Positions 13,641 to 26,115 of a DNA stretch of 64,000 nt are shown here, in pieces. Within the stretch, counting starts at the first letter, position 1; each line of letters opens with the position of its first letter. Under the pieces are notes generated by a model. That model saw only the letters and a list, made by a program, of their open reading frames with translations, was not told the DNA's origin and made no database searches. Both the position numbers and the translations under genes were made by a program. Source of the DNA: Squalus acanthias (Eukaryota); assembly GCA_030390025.1 (NCBI GenBank), contig CM059452.1, positions 16,678,001-16,742,000 on the forward strand, written 5' to 3'.

Positions 13641-14305
13641 ATAGAATCATAGAATCATTCTACACAGAAAGAGGCCATTCGGACCATCGTCCCTGTGCCG
13701 ACTCTCTGAAAGAGCTATTCAATTAGTCCCACTACCATGCTCTTTCCCCATTGTCCTGTAAATGTTTCCTTTTTAACTATATATCGAATTCCTTTTTGAA
13801 AGATACTATTGAATCTGCTTCCACCTTCTTTCAGGCACTACATTCCAGATCACAACAACTCGCTGTGGAAAAACAAATCACCTCATCTCCCAATGTGATT
13901 TTTTTGCCAAATCTCTTAACTCTGTGTCCTGTGGTTACCGACCCGCATGCCAGTAGAAACTGTATATTCCTATCTACCCTATCAAAAGCCCTAATCATTT
14001 TGAACACCTCTATTAAGTCTCCCCTTGATTTCATTGCTGTAAGAGGAGCAATCCCAGCTTCTCTATTCTCTCCACGTAACTGAATTCCCTCATCACTGGG
14101 CCCATTCTGGTAAATCTCCTCAGCATCATCTTCAAGGTATTGACATCCTTTCTAAAGTGTGATGCCCAGAAGTGGATACATTACTCCAGCTTAGACCTAA
14201 TCACTGATTTATAAAGATTTAGCATAACTTCCTTGCTTTTGTACTCTATACCGCTATTAATAAAACCAAAGAACCCGTATGTTTTATTAACAGCCTTCTC
14301 AACTT
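13641..14305 (-). mobile_element. CR1 LINE 3' fragment, interrupted by a younger CR1 (host resumes at ~15805-15890)
   Basis: Minus ORF 13831-14034 reads RGDLIEVFKMIRAFDRVD (CR1 ORF2 C-terminus). (ATAGAATC)n tail at the left end. Confidence 0.85.
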
Positions 14306-15800
14306 AGAAACATAGAAACATAGAAAAATAGGCGCAGGAGTAGGCCATTCGGCCCTTCGAGCCTGCTCCGCCATTCAGTATGACCATGGCTGATCGTCTA
14401 TCTCAATACCATATTCCCGCTCTCTCCACATACCCCTTGATGCCTTTTGTGTCTATAAATCTATCTATCCTCCTTCTTAAATATATTCAGTGACTTGGCA
14501 TCCACAGCCTGCTGTGGTCGAGAATTCTATAGCTTCATCCCCCTCTGAGTGAAGAAATTTCTCCTCATCTCAGTCCTAAATGTCCTACCCGGTATCCTGA
14601 GACTGTGACCCCACGTTCTAGACACGCCAGCCAAGGGAAACATCCTCCATGCATCCAGTCTGTGTAGCCCTGTCAGAACTTTATACGTTTCAATGAGTCC
14701 CCCTCTCATTCTTCTAAACTCTAGTGAATACAGGCCTAGTCGACCCAATCTCTCCTCGTACGACAGTCCTGCCATCCCAGGAATCAGTCTGGTGAACCTT
14801 CGCTGCACTCCCTCTATGGCAAGTATATCCTTTCCTAGGTAAGGAGACCAAAACTGCACACAGTACTCCAGGTGTTTTCTCACCAAGGCCTTGTATAACT
14901 GTAGTAATAGATCCTTGCTCCTGTACTCAAATCCTCTTGCAATGAAGGCCAACATACCATTTGCCTTCCTAACTTCTTGCTGTACCTGCATTTTTGCTTT
15001 CAGTGACTCGTGCACATGGACACCCAGGTGCCTTTATACATCAACATTTCCCAATCTATCGCCATTTAAATAATACTCTGCCTTTCTGTTTTTCTATCGA
15101 AGTGGATAACTTCACATTTATCCAAGTTATACTGCATCTGCCATGAATTTGCCCACTCAATCAACTTGTCTAAATCGCCTTGAAGCCTCTTTGCATCCTC
15201 CTCACAACTCACAATTCCACCTAATTTCGTGTCGTCAGCAAACTTGGAAATATTACATTTGATTCTCTCATCCAAATCATTGATATATATTGTGATTAGC
15301 TGGGGCCCCAGCATGGATCCTTGCGGTACCCCACTAGTCACCGCCTGCCACCCCGACAAAGACCCATTTATTCCTACTCTCTGTTTCCTGTCTCTTAACC
15401 AATTTTCAATCCATGCCAGTATATTACCCCCAATCCCATGTGCTTTAATTTTGCACACTAACCTCTTATGTGGGACTTTATCGAACGCCTTCTGAAAATC
15501 CAAATACACCACATCCACAAGTTTCCCTTATCTATTCTACTAGTTACATCCTCAAAAAACTCCAGTAGGCATGTCAAACACGATTTCTCTTTCATAAATC
15601 CATGTTGACTTTTTTTCTAATCCCCTTGATATTTTCTAAGTGTCCTGTTATCACATCCTTTATAATAGAATCCAGCATTTTCCCTACATCTGATGTTAGG
15701 CTAACCGGTCTGTACTTCCCTATTTTCTCGCCCTCCTTTTTCAAATAGTGTGGTTACATTTGCCACCCTCCAATCTGCAGAAACTATTCCATGATCTATA
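14306..15800 (-). mobile_element. CR1 LINE fragment (RT domain to 3' end), frameshifted
   Basis: ORFs 15066-15518 (DVVYLDFQKAFDKVPH...GVPQGS...KFADDTKL) and 14527-15015 (LEYCVQFWSP...QRRFTRLIPG). (AGAAACAT)n tail. Confidence 0.93.
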
Positions 15801-16619
15801 GAATTTTTGTTTTGCCACTTCACAGATTAGTGTGTGTTAATCCCCAGGTCTCTTGTTCTTGCAGCCCCTTTAAAATTCATCCCTTAACATTGCCGATTTG
15901 TATCACTGCATTCTCCAGATCGGCCCCTCAGTGTCACACAGCAGCGTTTGATCATTTTGTCATGATGAACCATATGGACCTTCTTGGAGATGTCAATCTT
16001 GGTATCATTACATTGCACCTTTCTCTGTTTCCTGTTTGCTGCCCATCTCCACCAACCCGCTCTAAGATTGCATGGTTCAGAAGAAATCTGACCAGATCTG
16101 TCGATTTTTGCTGCAGGTGTTGACCTGCTCAACATGGGGCGGGTTCGCCCCCAATTTTCATATTGACTTATGTTTTTTTGTCTGCAGGAAATCAGATTTA
16201 AGAAGTTAGTCACAAGTGCTGCCTAACCTAAAGAATCCATTTATTAATAAAGATTTTACACTAATCAATTCAGCTGAAGTGCGATCAGTTGATAGACAGC
16301 CAGCAAGAGTTGTTACTATCTGGTTTAACCTGTGTACCATTCAGTAAACACACTTATTTCGGATCTAATTTTTAGGAGTAATACCTTGTTAGTTTGCTGC
16401 AACATAGCGCTCAGCTCGCAGAATGCAAGTTACTGAGCCGTAACTGAGCACTGGTCCCAGACCAGCCATCTGTAGCGTGTCGGCAGATTGTGACCGACAG
16501 CCGAATAATACAAGTACTGGTGCCGAGAAACATTGGAAATGTTAGTTCCTGGCTATGCTGTGCGATTTCTTTGCAATGCTTTGACCTATTTGCCAAGGTC
16601 ATTCTTATTTTAGTAGATA

Positions 16620-16760
16620 AGAACATAAGAAATAGGAACAGGAGTGGGCCATTCGCCCTTCGAGTCTGCTCCGCCATTCAATAAGATCATGGCTGATCTG
16701 ATCTTGGCCTCAACTCCACTTCCCTGCCCGATCCCCATAACCCTTGACTCCCTTATCGTT
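16620..16760 (-). mobile_element. Short CR1 3' end
   Basis: AGAACATAAGAAATAGGAACAGGAGTGGGCCATTCGCCC matches the 3' termini at 14306 and 47520. Confidence 0.7.
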
Positions 16761-18505
16761 CATTAGTAGTCGTCAGTCTGTGCTTCCCATCAATAATACA
16801 TGACCGATCCATTGTTAGTCGCTCGCTGAATGACGCTGTATTCGGTTAAGCTCCCAAATATGTTAGGTACTTTTCTCAACCATTTTTCAGAAAGAAATTG
16901 CAGAAATGAGATGTTTAACAAACGGCTCTTCTAACTTATCTCCAAAATTATCGGACCTTAACGTCGACTCGCTTTAAGACAAATTCTGCCTGAAATGTTG
17001 TCAGAGGAACTGAACCATTTGGATCTGGCCTCGGTTCTCGCCGTTTCAGCCATAACTTGGAATGTGTATTTCCCAAACAGCCTAAAGCTCACTTACTTTA
17101 AACCCAGTGATATGGACAGAAAGTAGAATAGCTTTAGATATATAACATCATCTTTTTCCGTGTCTGACACAAGCCGATTGTATTTTACTAAATTGAGAAG
17201 ATTGCTCGGGATGGTGACTGATGTGAGGAAAGAATTATCATTATTAGTTGATGATATGGAAGCGGGAGGTCATGGCGATCACACACAACGAATGAGTCAG
17301 TTCCTTGTTTTAGTTCCCGTATGATATGGAAACTTCAGGCTATAAGTGAGATCGGGGCGAACCCCGCCTGTGAGTTGCGGTGAAACCCGTCAACATTGAT
17401 TGGATGGACTCAAGTCAGCATTTACTTGTTAAACACCATTGGGATTGAAACGACATCGACACTGTTTATCAATTGCTTTGTTTTATTTTATTATATTATA
17501 AAAAATATAATCTATATTAGCACACCAGCGAATGGAGCAATAAACTTCATTAAATGTAAAAGAATTTGTACCGCGCATTCCACCACCTCATGACGTCCCA
17601 AAGTGTTTCACAGCCACTGGAGCTCTTTCTGTCGTCACTGTTGAATAAGAAACATGTTTATATATTGTTAAAGTCCCAACATTTGTGTTAAGAGACGAGG
17701 TGGTGGTTCACTTGGAACTGTATTCCTTGATGTTTATTCACAGAGCAACTTTCAAAAATCACAAGTGTTCAGTGCAACTTGGCCACTGAATCGTTATTCC
17801 TGAAATAAAGGTGTTTATCTTTAGCCATGGGACCGGGTGCCCTTGCACTAGGTTTTCTGCTTGGTTCATACTCGAGAAATGACTAGTTGGATTAGGTATC
17901 CTAGACCTGGGAGCGCCCATGGAACCTCAGTCCAGACAGAGTTAGTGCGTTCTGGAGAAGATGGGAACATTCTGTAGCAGTATTGCTTTGGACTGATGAG
18001 GTTGTTGACATCAGTGTTCGGGGTGAACGCTGCAAGGGGGGGTGGCTCTAATTATGGTGTCCAATGGGGGTAAATTTAGTGTTAGTTCCAATATGAACAA
18101 GAAACTGAGGGATTAACAATACTGAGCATGAACCTGCGGAGTGTGTCAGTGCTACTGTCACTGGGTTTGTGACAAGGCTGAAGTTTTTGGTATACAGTAC
18201 AGACATAAGCAAAAGTGAGAGAGGAATTCGATTCTTCTACCTCATCCTTCCTTAGAAATCCCAACTGCCTATTGTAAGATTTAAAGATCTTGCTCAGACT
18301 TCCCTCCCGGAAGAGCTTCCCAGTGATTGGTCATTCTTTGTGTACAGAAGTCTTATCTTACGTCAGTCCTGAACTTGCCTCTTACCAGATTGTACCTGTG
18401 TCTCATTGGCCAGCAGTCATAGTTTAACTTGAAGTAAAGCTCGGCTTTCTTATGCCACTTATACATTCGCCTCTTTAAAGAACAAACAATCCAGCATTTC
18501 CTGAT

Positions 18506-18970
18506 CTTTGCTCATAACACGGCTCTCTGACAGTGGAGATAAACTCGGTGACCCAACTTTGCTCATAACACGGCTCTCTGACAGTGGAGATAACCTCGGT
18601 GACACTACTTTGCTCATAGCCTGGCCCTCTGACAGTGGAAATAACCTCGGTGACCCAACTTTGCTCATAACCCGGCCCTCTGACAGTGGAGATAACCTCG
18701 GTGACACTACTTTGCTCATAGCCTGGCCCTCTGACAGTGGAAATAACCTCGGTGACCCAACTTTGCTCATAACCCGGCCCTCTGACAGTGGAGATAACCT
18801 CGGTAACACTACTTTGCTCATAGCCTGGCCCTCTGACAGTGGAAATAACCTCGGTGACCCTACTTTGCTCATAACCCTGCCCTCTGATAGTGGAGATAAC
18901 CTCGGTCACCCAACTTTGCTCATAACCCGGCCCTCCGACAGTGGAGATAACCTCGGTGACCCTACTTTGC
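18506..18970. repeat. 51-bp minisatellite, ~9 copies, alternating A/B variants (102-bp dimer)
   Basis: Unit CTTTGCTCATAACCCGGCCCTCTGACAGTGGAGATAACCTCGGTGACCCAA. The variants TAGCCTGG/GGAAAT and TAACCCGG/GGAGAT alternate. Confidence 0.95.
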
Positions 18971-19479
18971 ACCGCCCCCAGTGTTTGGACCTTTCTGTAG
19001 CGCCACGATGACTCGAACTGAAATCTGTGTCCAAGGCGTGGCCTGATCGGCTCACCGTGCAGCATAAACGTGATCGTCTTCGAACCGCGCCTCACTGAGA
19101 TGGCAATCTTGCTCAGTATTCAGTTTCCTTCTTAAAAATGGCTCAGTTCTCCACCATATTTCTAGGGACCATTGCTCATCCTTAGCACCTGCCTGGGAAG
19201 CATCGGCTGGGTAACTGAGAGGAACATCGGGCAGGGAGAATCTTCACCAATCTAAGTAGGAAGAAAATCGGCCCGGCTCCTCCACCAATGTGCGATTCTT
19301 TCCTCCTGAATTTCCTCTCTCCGCTGACGATACTTTAAGCTCAGACCCTGACTACACAAACCGACCTCCCATATCTTTCAGCTTTCTTCCCAGAGACTTA
19401 CATATCATCAAGTAAACATGTTCGTTTTACTTTAAACTTTTACTTTAAATGTTACTTAGTTGTCTTACAATTAATGTGT

Positions 19480-19860
19480 AGTAGAGGTGTTGAAAATCAT
19501 GAACTATTTAGATAGAGTAAATAAAGATAAGCTGTTTCCAATGGCTGCAGGGTCGATAACCAGAGGACACAGATTTAAGGTGATTGACAAAAGAACCAGA
19601 GGTGACACGAGGAAAAAACCTGTTTACACAACGAGTGGTTAGGATTTGGAATGCACTGCCTGATAGGCTGGTGGATACAAATTCAATAGTAGCCTTCAAA
19701 ATGGAATTGGAGAAATACTTGAAGGAGAAAACATTGCAGGGGTTTTGGGAATGAGCAGGTGAGTGGGACTAACTGGATTGCTCTTCGAAAGAGCCGGCAC
19801 AGACCCGATGGGCCGAATGGCCTCCTTCTGTGCGGTACTATTCGATGATTCTATGACTCT
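19480..19860 (+). mobile_element. CR1 LINE 3' fragment
   Basis: Encodes DRVNKDKLFP...TRGHRFKV...FTQRVVRIWNALP. Ends in GGCCGAATGGCCTCCTTCTGTG and a TTCTATGA-like tail. Confidence 0.85.
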
Positions 19861-20657
19861 AGTCCGGCTCACAGTAAAATATTACTTAGGTTCTCCAGTA
19901 ACCCACGGATTGTGCAATTAGATTTTTTCCTCCGTCCTTTTATATGCGATTTGCACCAACTTACATTACTTTCTGAATTAGGGCCACTTGTAAAATGAAC
20001 AAATATTGACTCACATCCCTGGGGCACTCCACACATGTTCTCAACCCCAAATCAGTCCCCAAAGCAGTACCAGGCTCCTATCCACTTTTATCCAAATGCT
20101 GACCCAGCTCCAGGTGTTACCAATTACACCGCTGGAAAATAAATCGAGGCCGGTGTGAAACGGGCTGCCGAATCGTGATCACCCGCCTTTCGCCCAGCAA
20201 TCAGTAAACATTACCCTCCCCCGGGGTTTTACTCCAGTGTTACAGTCTTTGATGTGGAACTTCACGGAAAGCTTTGTGGAAGCCGAGTATACGTCATCAC
20301 CAGGCTTTCCAACATTCACTGTGGGAGTCATTTCATCACAAAAGGAGTTTGGTGAGGCAGGTATTTGATTTGCAATACTAACCGGCTGCCAATTACTAAT
20401 GTTCTTTCCTATAGACGATGCTCAAGTTTGTTCCGAACGACAGATTCTGTGAGATGCGTTTTCCAGGGCCTACGACTGGGCGCCTCAAACATTGGACAGT
20501 CGGGCTGGGTCCATCAAAGTTGTGCGCCGCGCTCTGCCTGATGTTCCAGTGCCCAGGTGATCACAATGGCCTCAGGCAGCGAACCGAGGCATCTACAACT
20601 GTTACTTTAACAGTGATGTAAGGCTTATTATACCACATTTCTTGAAAATAGCTATAG

Positions 20658-20778
20658 GGGCTAGAAATTCGTCTTGGGCAGTGATGGCAATGGAACTAAA
20701 TATCAGGCGCTGCGTGTAAGGGGCGGCCTACCCAATACCGCCCGTTTTGCGCCACCGCCCGAGACGAAAATCTAGGCC
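20658..20778. mobile_element. 121-bp MITE (PIF/Harbinger-like) with ~26-bp imperfect TIRs and a TAG target-site duplication
   Basis: Left end GGGCTAGAAATTCGTCTTGGGCAGTG; reverse complement of right end GGCCTAGATTTTCGTCTCGGGCGGTG. TAG at 20655-20657 and 20779-20781. Confidence 0.75.
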
Positions 20779-20877
20779 TAGCTTTTCTTTCTGCAACACA
20801 GAAGGATTTCTCTGCATCACCTGATTCCCTCATGATAGCCCCTGCACTGGGAAGCTTTCATCTCTTGTGCCACTGAG

Positions 20878-21668
20878 CATATAAGTGCGAGGTGATTCAT
20901 TTTGGTAGGGCAAATTTGAATAAGGATTACAGGGTCAACGGCAGGGTTCTGAGGAACGTGGAGGAGCAGAGGGATCTGGGGGTTCATATCCACAGATCTC
21001 TGAAGGTTGCCACTCAAGTGGATAGAGCAGTAAAGAAGGCCTATGTTGTGTTGGCGTTTATTAACAGAGGGTTTGAGTTTAAGAACCGTGAGGTTATGCT
21101 GCAACTGTACAGGACCTTGGTGAGACCACATTTGGAATATTGTGTGCAGTTCTGGTCACCTCACTATAGGAAGGACGTGGAAGCATTGGAAAGAGTGCAA
21201 AGGAGATTTACCAGGATGCTGCCTGGTTTGGGGGGGAGGTCTTATGAGTAAAGATTGAGGGAGTTGGGGCTTTTCTCTTTAGAGCGGAGGAGGATGAGAG
21301 GCGACTTAATAGAGGTTTATAAGATGATGAGGGGGATAGATAGAGTGGATGTTCAGAGACTATTTCCTCGGGTAGAGGCAGCTGTTACAAGGGGGCATAA
21401 CTATAAGGTGCATGGGGGGAGATATAGAAGGGATGTCCGAGGTAGATTCTTTACTCAGAGAGTGGTTGGGGTGTGGAATGGACTGCCTGCTGTGATAGTG
21501 GAGTCGGACACTTTAGGAACTTTCAAGCGGTTATTGGATAAGCACATGGAGCACACCAGAGTGATAGGGAGTGTGATAGCTTGATCTTGGTCTCGGACAA
21601 TGCTCGGCACAACATCGAGGGCCGAAGGGCCTGTACTGTGCTGTACTGTTCTATGTATCTATGTATTG
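20878..21668 (+). mobile_element. Young 5'-truncated CR1 LINE
   Basis: ORFs 20892-21251 and 21255-21584 are in one frame, separated by a single TAA. They encode the CR1 ORF2 C-terminus. (TCTATGTA)n tail. Confidence 0.93.
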
Positions 21669-22804
21669 TCGCGTAAGTAATCACCTTCCCTGGAAATGTA
21701 TCGCTTTGGAGAGCTGAACTCTGTATAGACAGCCCTTACAAATGATAGGTTCTGGTTGATAGATGCAAGGAGATGTAATGTATTGTACTGACTTGTCAGG
21801 ACCTTTAGGCAGTAGCGTTGCTCCAGGTATTGAGGGTGTTGAAGACTATCATTCTATAGATTTACCAGATGTCTCGATCTTGACTGAACGGCAGGAGACC
21901 TTTGGCACCACAGCCGAGTGGGTCACTGTTTATCCTTCAGGGACTGTATTTCTGACCGACTCTCCTAATCCAGGGACACCCCATCCCCACACTCTGCTGA
22001 TTGAGATAGGATGTGAAAGCCTACTTATCTACAGATCAGACACGAAGACTCAACGTCTGATCCTAACGCTCTCGTTCGGTTTCAAATTGATTGGAATGGA
22101 TTCGGGATCAGAGTGATAAATATGTTAATGAAACTGCAGTTTGAGATATTTAGGAGTGGATTGATTGAGCTACGAATATATTAACATCTTAAAGCACGGG
22201 AGAGTGAAGGGCCATTGAGCACATGGGGACTATTCCTTCCGCAGATCAAGCACAATGGATTGATACCAGATCATTAAACTACAAGTCAGTACTATTAATT
22301 CTAACTTCGGATAGATCGTAGAATTTAAGGGCAATGAGAGACACCAGCAGATCTCACCTGCTCTTCTTCAAAACGTACCATTATATATTGGACATGCGTC
22401 TGAGTCTCGGTATAACAGCTCTTGCGAAAGCCTAACGGCCTTCGAGCGCCCGTTGAAAGGCCTCCCTAAATTAGCTACATCATTAATCCTTGAGCGCAAA
22501 ATTGCGAGTCGATTAGCGTCCGTTAAATTCTACCCCTTTAAGAAACAGCAAAGATGCAAGACTCTGGAGGAAGTTGTCTACAGACCTCTTGAAGGCGGTG
22601 ATGTCATAGCAGGATGCATAAATACGGAGATCAGATAAGCATGTAACAAAGTTAAACTGCTTATAATGGGAGATTTTAATTTACAGAGACTGTCAGATGC
22701 AAAACAGCTCAAGTGGTAAATGCAATGAATTTCTAAAGTGTATCCAGGACAATTTTCTGAAACATTGCGGACAAGGGAAAAGGCCAAACTAGATTTGTTG
22801 ATAT

Positions 22805-24010
22805 GAACATAGGAATAGGACCATCCATTTAGCTCCACGCGCCTCTTGCGCCATTCAATTAGATCATGGCTGATCTGTGACCTAACTCCATATACCTGCC
22901 TTTGGCTCACATCCCCTAACACCTTTGGTTAACACAAATCTCTCAATCTCAGATTTAAATTTAACAATTGATCGAGCATCAAAAGCCATTTGCGGAAGAG
23001 AGTTTCAGACCTCTACCACCCTTTGTGTGTAGAAATGTTTTCGAACTTCACTCCTGAAAGGTCTGGCTATAACTTTTAGGGTTATGTCCCCTAGTCCTAC
23101 ACTCCACAACTAGCGGAAATAGTTTGTATCTATCTACTCTATCTGTTCCACTTAATATCTTGAAAACTTCACTCAAATCTCCCCTTAACCTTCTAAATTC
23201 CAGACAATACAACTCGAGTTTGTAAAATCTCTCCTCGTAATTTAAACTTTTGAAATCCGGGTATAATTCTCGTAAACCAACGCTGCACTTCCTCCAGGCC
23301 AATATATCCTTCCTAAGGTGTGGTGACAAGAACTGCTCACAGTGCTCCAGCTATGGTCTAACCAAGGCGTTGTATACCTGTAGAATGACTTCTAACCCCC
23401 AGTATTCCATAACCTCTAGATATAAAGGCCAGCATTATATTAGCCTTTTTGATTCTTTTTAGTAGAGTTAACCAAGTGGCCCACTACCCTGCTCTTTCCC
23501 CATAGCCCTATAATTTGTCCCCTTCAAGTAATTATCCAATTCTCTTTTGAATGTTGCTATTGAATCTGCTTCCACCACCGTTTCAGTCAGTGCATCCCAG
23601 ATCACGAAAACTCGTTGTGCAAAAGAATGTTTCCGCATGTCACCTCTGGTTGATTTGCCAATCACCTTGAATCTGTGTCTTGTTGTTAACGACATTCTGC
23701 CACTGGAAATAGTTTATTCTGATTTACTCTGTCATTAGCTTTCATGATTGTGAACACCTCTTTCTAAACTCTTCTAACCGTCTCTGCTCTAAGGAGAACA
23801 ACCCCGGCTTCTCCAATGTCTCAACATAACTGAAGTTTCTCATCCCAGTTGCCATACCAGCAAATCACTTCTGCACCGTTTCCATGGTCCTGGCATCATT
23901 CCTAAAGTGTGGTGCCCAGACATGAACGTCACACTCCAGCTGAGACCGAATCAGTGTTTTATAAAGGTTCAGCATAATTTCCTTGCTTTGGTACTTTATT
24001 TCACTCTTAA
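22805..24010 (-). mobile_element. Two adjacent CR1 3' fragments (22805-23460 and 23465-24010)
   Basis: Minus ORFs LEFRRLRGDLSEVFKIL...TRGHN and RHRFKVIGK...FAQRVFVIWDAL. Confidence 0.85.
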
Positions 24011-24066
24011 TAAGGACTCCTCCCTCCAGTCGAAAATCAAACTTTCACCACTACACTCTGCTTTCT

Positions 24067-24840
24067 GTTCCAATTTTGTTTCCGTGCTGCACACAGCGTA
24101 GGCCGTCGTAACCCATCAGGAAGGCCCCAAAAGTTCCGGGTTTCTGCATACGCTGCGCATGCGCGAAAACATGGAACTTGTGATATGCCAAGGTTTGCCT
24201 TGACAGATCTACCACACCGCCCCAAAAACCACTTTCGCTGGCACAGAGCTGGGCTGTTTGCCTAATGGCTGCAAAGAAAATCCCCACGAAACCCTTACAT
24301 CTGGTAAAAGCGGGCATCGGGCCTGCTTTCACCAGCGTAGTGGGAAATATAAATCTTAAATTAAAAATTTTAAAATTAAAAATCATGCACAGACATTTTA
24401 AAATTAGTTTATGTAAATTATGGCCCGTAGTAAAATGTTTAACATTATTTTTCAAAAGCTATATTTTTATTCTATATGCTTTATTGAAGGGACTTTAATG
24501 AAATTTGAATATGGGAACACTCATATTTATTCCAGTTCCATAAATCATTTAATTATCTGGCGATTCCTCATATGCTTATGTTCATTCCGTCCATAAATGG
24601 AATCGCCCTAAGCACATTAAGAATCCTCCTTTGAGATTGGAGGACCGGGCCCACGTGATCCGAGAGACACTTCAAAACTCCCTGCGTCACTGGGATCCGT
24701 GGGTCTTTACGCAGGCGTACGACCGCAGGCCCAGGACCCGAATTCTCCGAAGGCTGGGAGACTGAATGTAAATGGGGATTTTTTTTATCGTGTGGGAGGC
24801 GTACTCCTTAGGTACACCTCCGACAGCAATTTCCGGATCT
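24067..24840. mobile_element. Non-autonomous multi-hairpin interspersed element (probable DNA-transposon derivative)
   Basis: Homologous to 61760-62090 (same orientation) and 63335-64000 (inverted). Contains internal stems and GCGCATGCGC. Confidence 0.55.
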
Positions 24841-25769
24841 GTATCTTCAGTAACCAAGGAGCTCTAGCTTTGGATACGCTTCCTTTTCCCCTCATGCGAA
24901 TGTGTCAACTATCCACCACAACCATCTCTCCTTTGAGGGCCGGCCATTGTTCAATTACTATTTTGCCTTCCAATATTTTGATGCCAATCCACCTGGACGA
25001 GATCCCTTTTCAACTCACTGAAGTTAGCCCTCGTCCAGTTAAGCATTTATGTGCTTGATTTGTATCTTGATTTGTACGTTGTCCTTTCCTATAACTATTC
25101 TAAACCTGATTATATTATGGTCACTGTTCCCCAAATGCTCTCCCACTGAAATGTGCTCCACTTGCGTTCTGCCTCAGTTGTACAGACACTTGATGTAAGT
25201 ATAGGTGCAGCAGGGAAAATAGCCAAACTAAACTTCAAAAACATATATCTACATAATATTACTCATTCTGAAATGGCTAGACATAGTCAGGCCGGGAGTA
25301 TTGGAGACAGTACCCCATTAACCGTTCTTGAGAAGCGATAAGAAATATGGTAAGTATATATTAAATCAGTCAATAATACGGAGGGGAACGGTTTGAATAG
25401 GCTTGTGTTGTGGATGTACGGGGAAGGGATAAGTCTTTAAATGCTGACTCATGTGTGGAATGTCCGAGTGTAATAAACAACCTAAGATATCAGAGGCATT
25501 GACAGAAAATGGTAGCAGTTAACCTTACCACTAAACGAGCTTTCGTATCAACGGCATAGACACAGAACGTGGTGCTCTCTGGTACACACATTTGTCCTAC
25601 GTAACTAAAGATATAATAGGTATAACACACCGGAACTTATGGGGAACTTGAATCCTGAAGATGTCCTTGGTATGTGAGATGTGTTGCCTATATCTCAAAT
25701 GCACTGCATTCAAGGGGTTGTATCTTACTGACTTGATGTATTAAACAAAATTAAACAGACGTTTCAGTG

Positions 25770-26115
25770 TTTCTTAGTCCTCGAAGTTGTTTCCACTTGT
25801 GGGGGATGCCAGAACTAGGAGCCGTAAATATAAGATATCCAATAATCAATCCAAGATGAATTCAGGAGAAATGTCTTTACTGAGCGAGTGGTGGGAATGT
25901 GGAACTAGCTACCAATGGCGTCGCTGAGGTGAATAGAATAGATACATTTAAGGGGAAGCTAGAGTAAATGTGAGTCAGAGGAATAGAAGGATATGTTGAT
26001 AGGGTGAGATGATGTAACGTGGGAGGAGGCTCGTGTGGAGCACAAATACTGGTAAAGCCCTATTGCGCCGAATGGCCTGTTTCCGTGCTGTACATTTCTC
26101 TGTAATTCTGTGTAA
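25770..26115 (+). mobile_element. CR1 LINE 3' fragment
   Basis: Encodes KLFPLVG...FRRNVFTERVVGMWN. 3' GCCGAATGGCCTGTTTCCGTGCTGTA. Confidence 0.75.

Noticed and set aside
18506-18970. Heptamer-like GACAGTG/CACTGTC in every minisatellite unit (possible RSS array)
   Set aside because: No nonamer at 12 or 23 nt in either direction.
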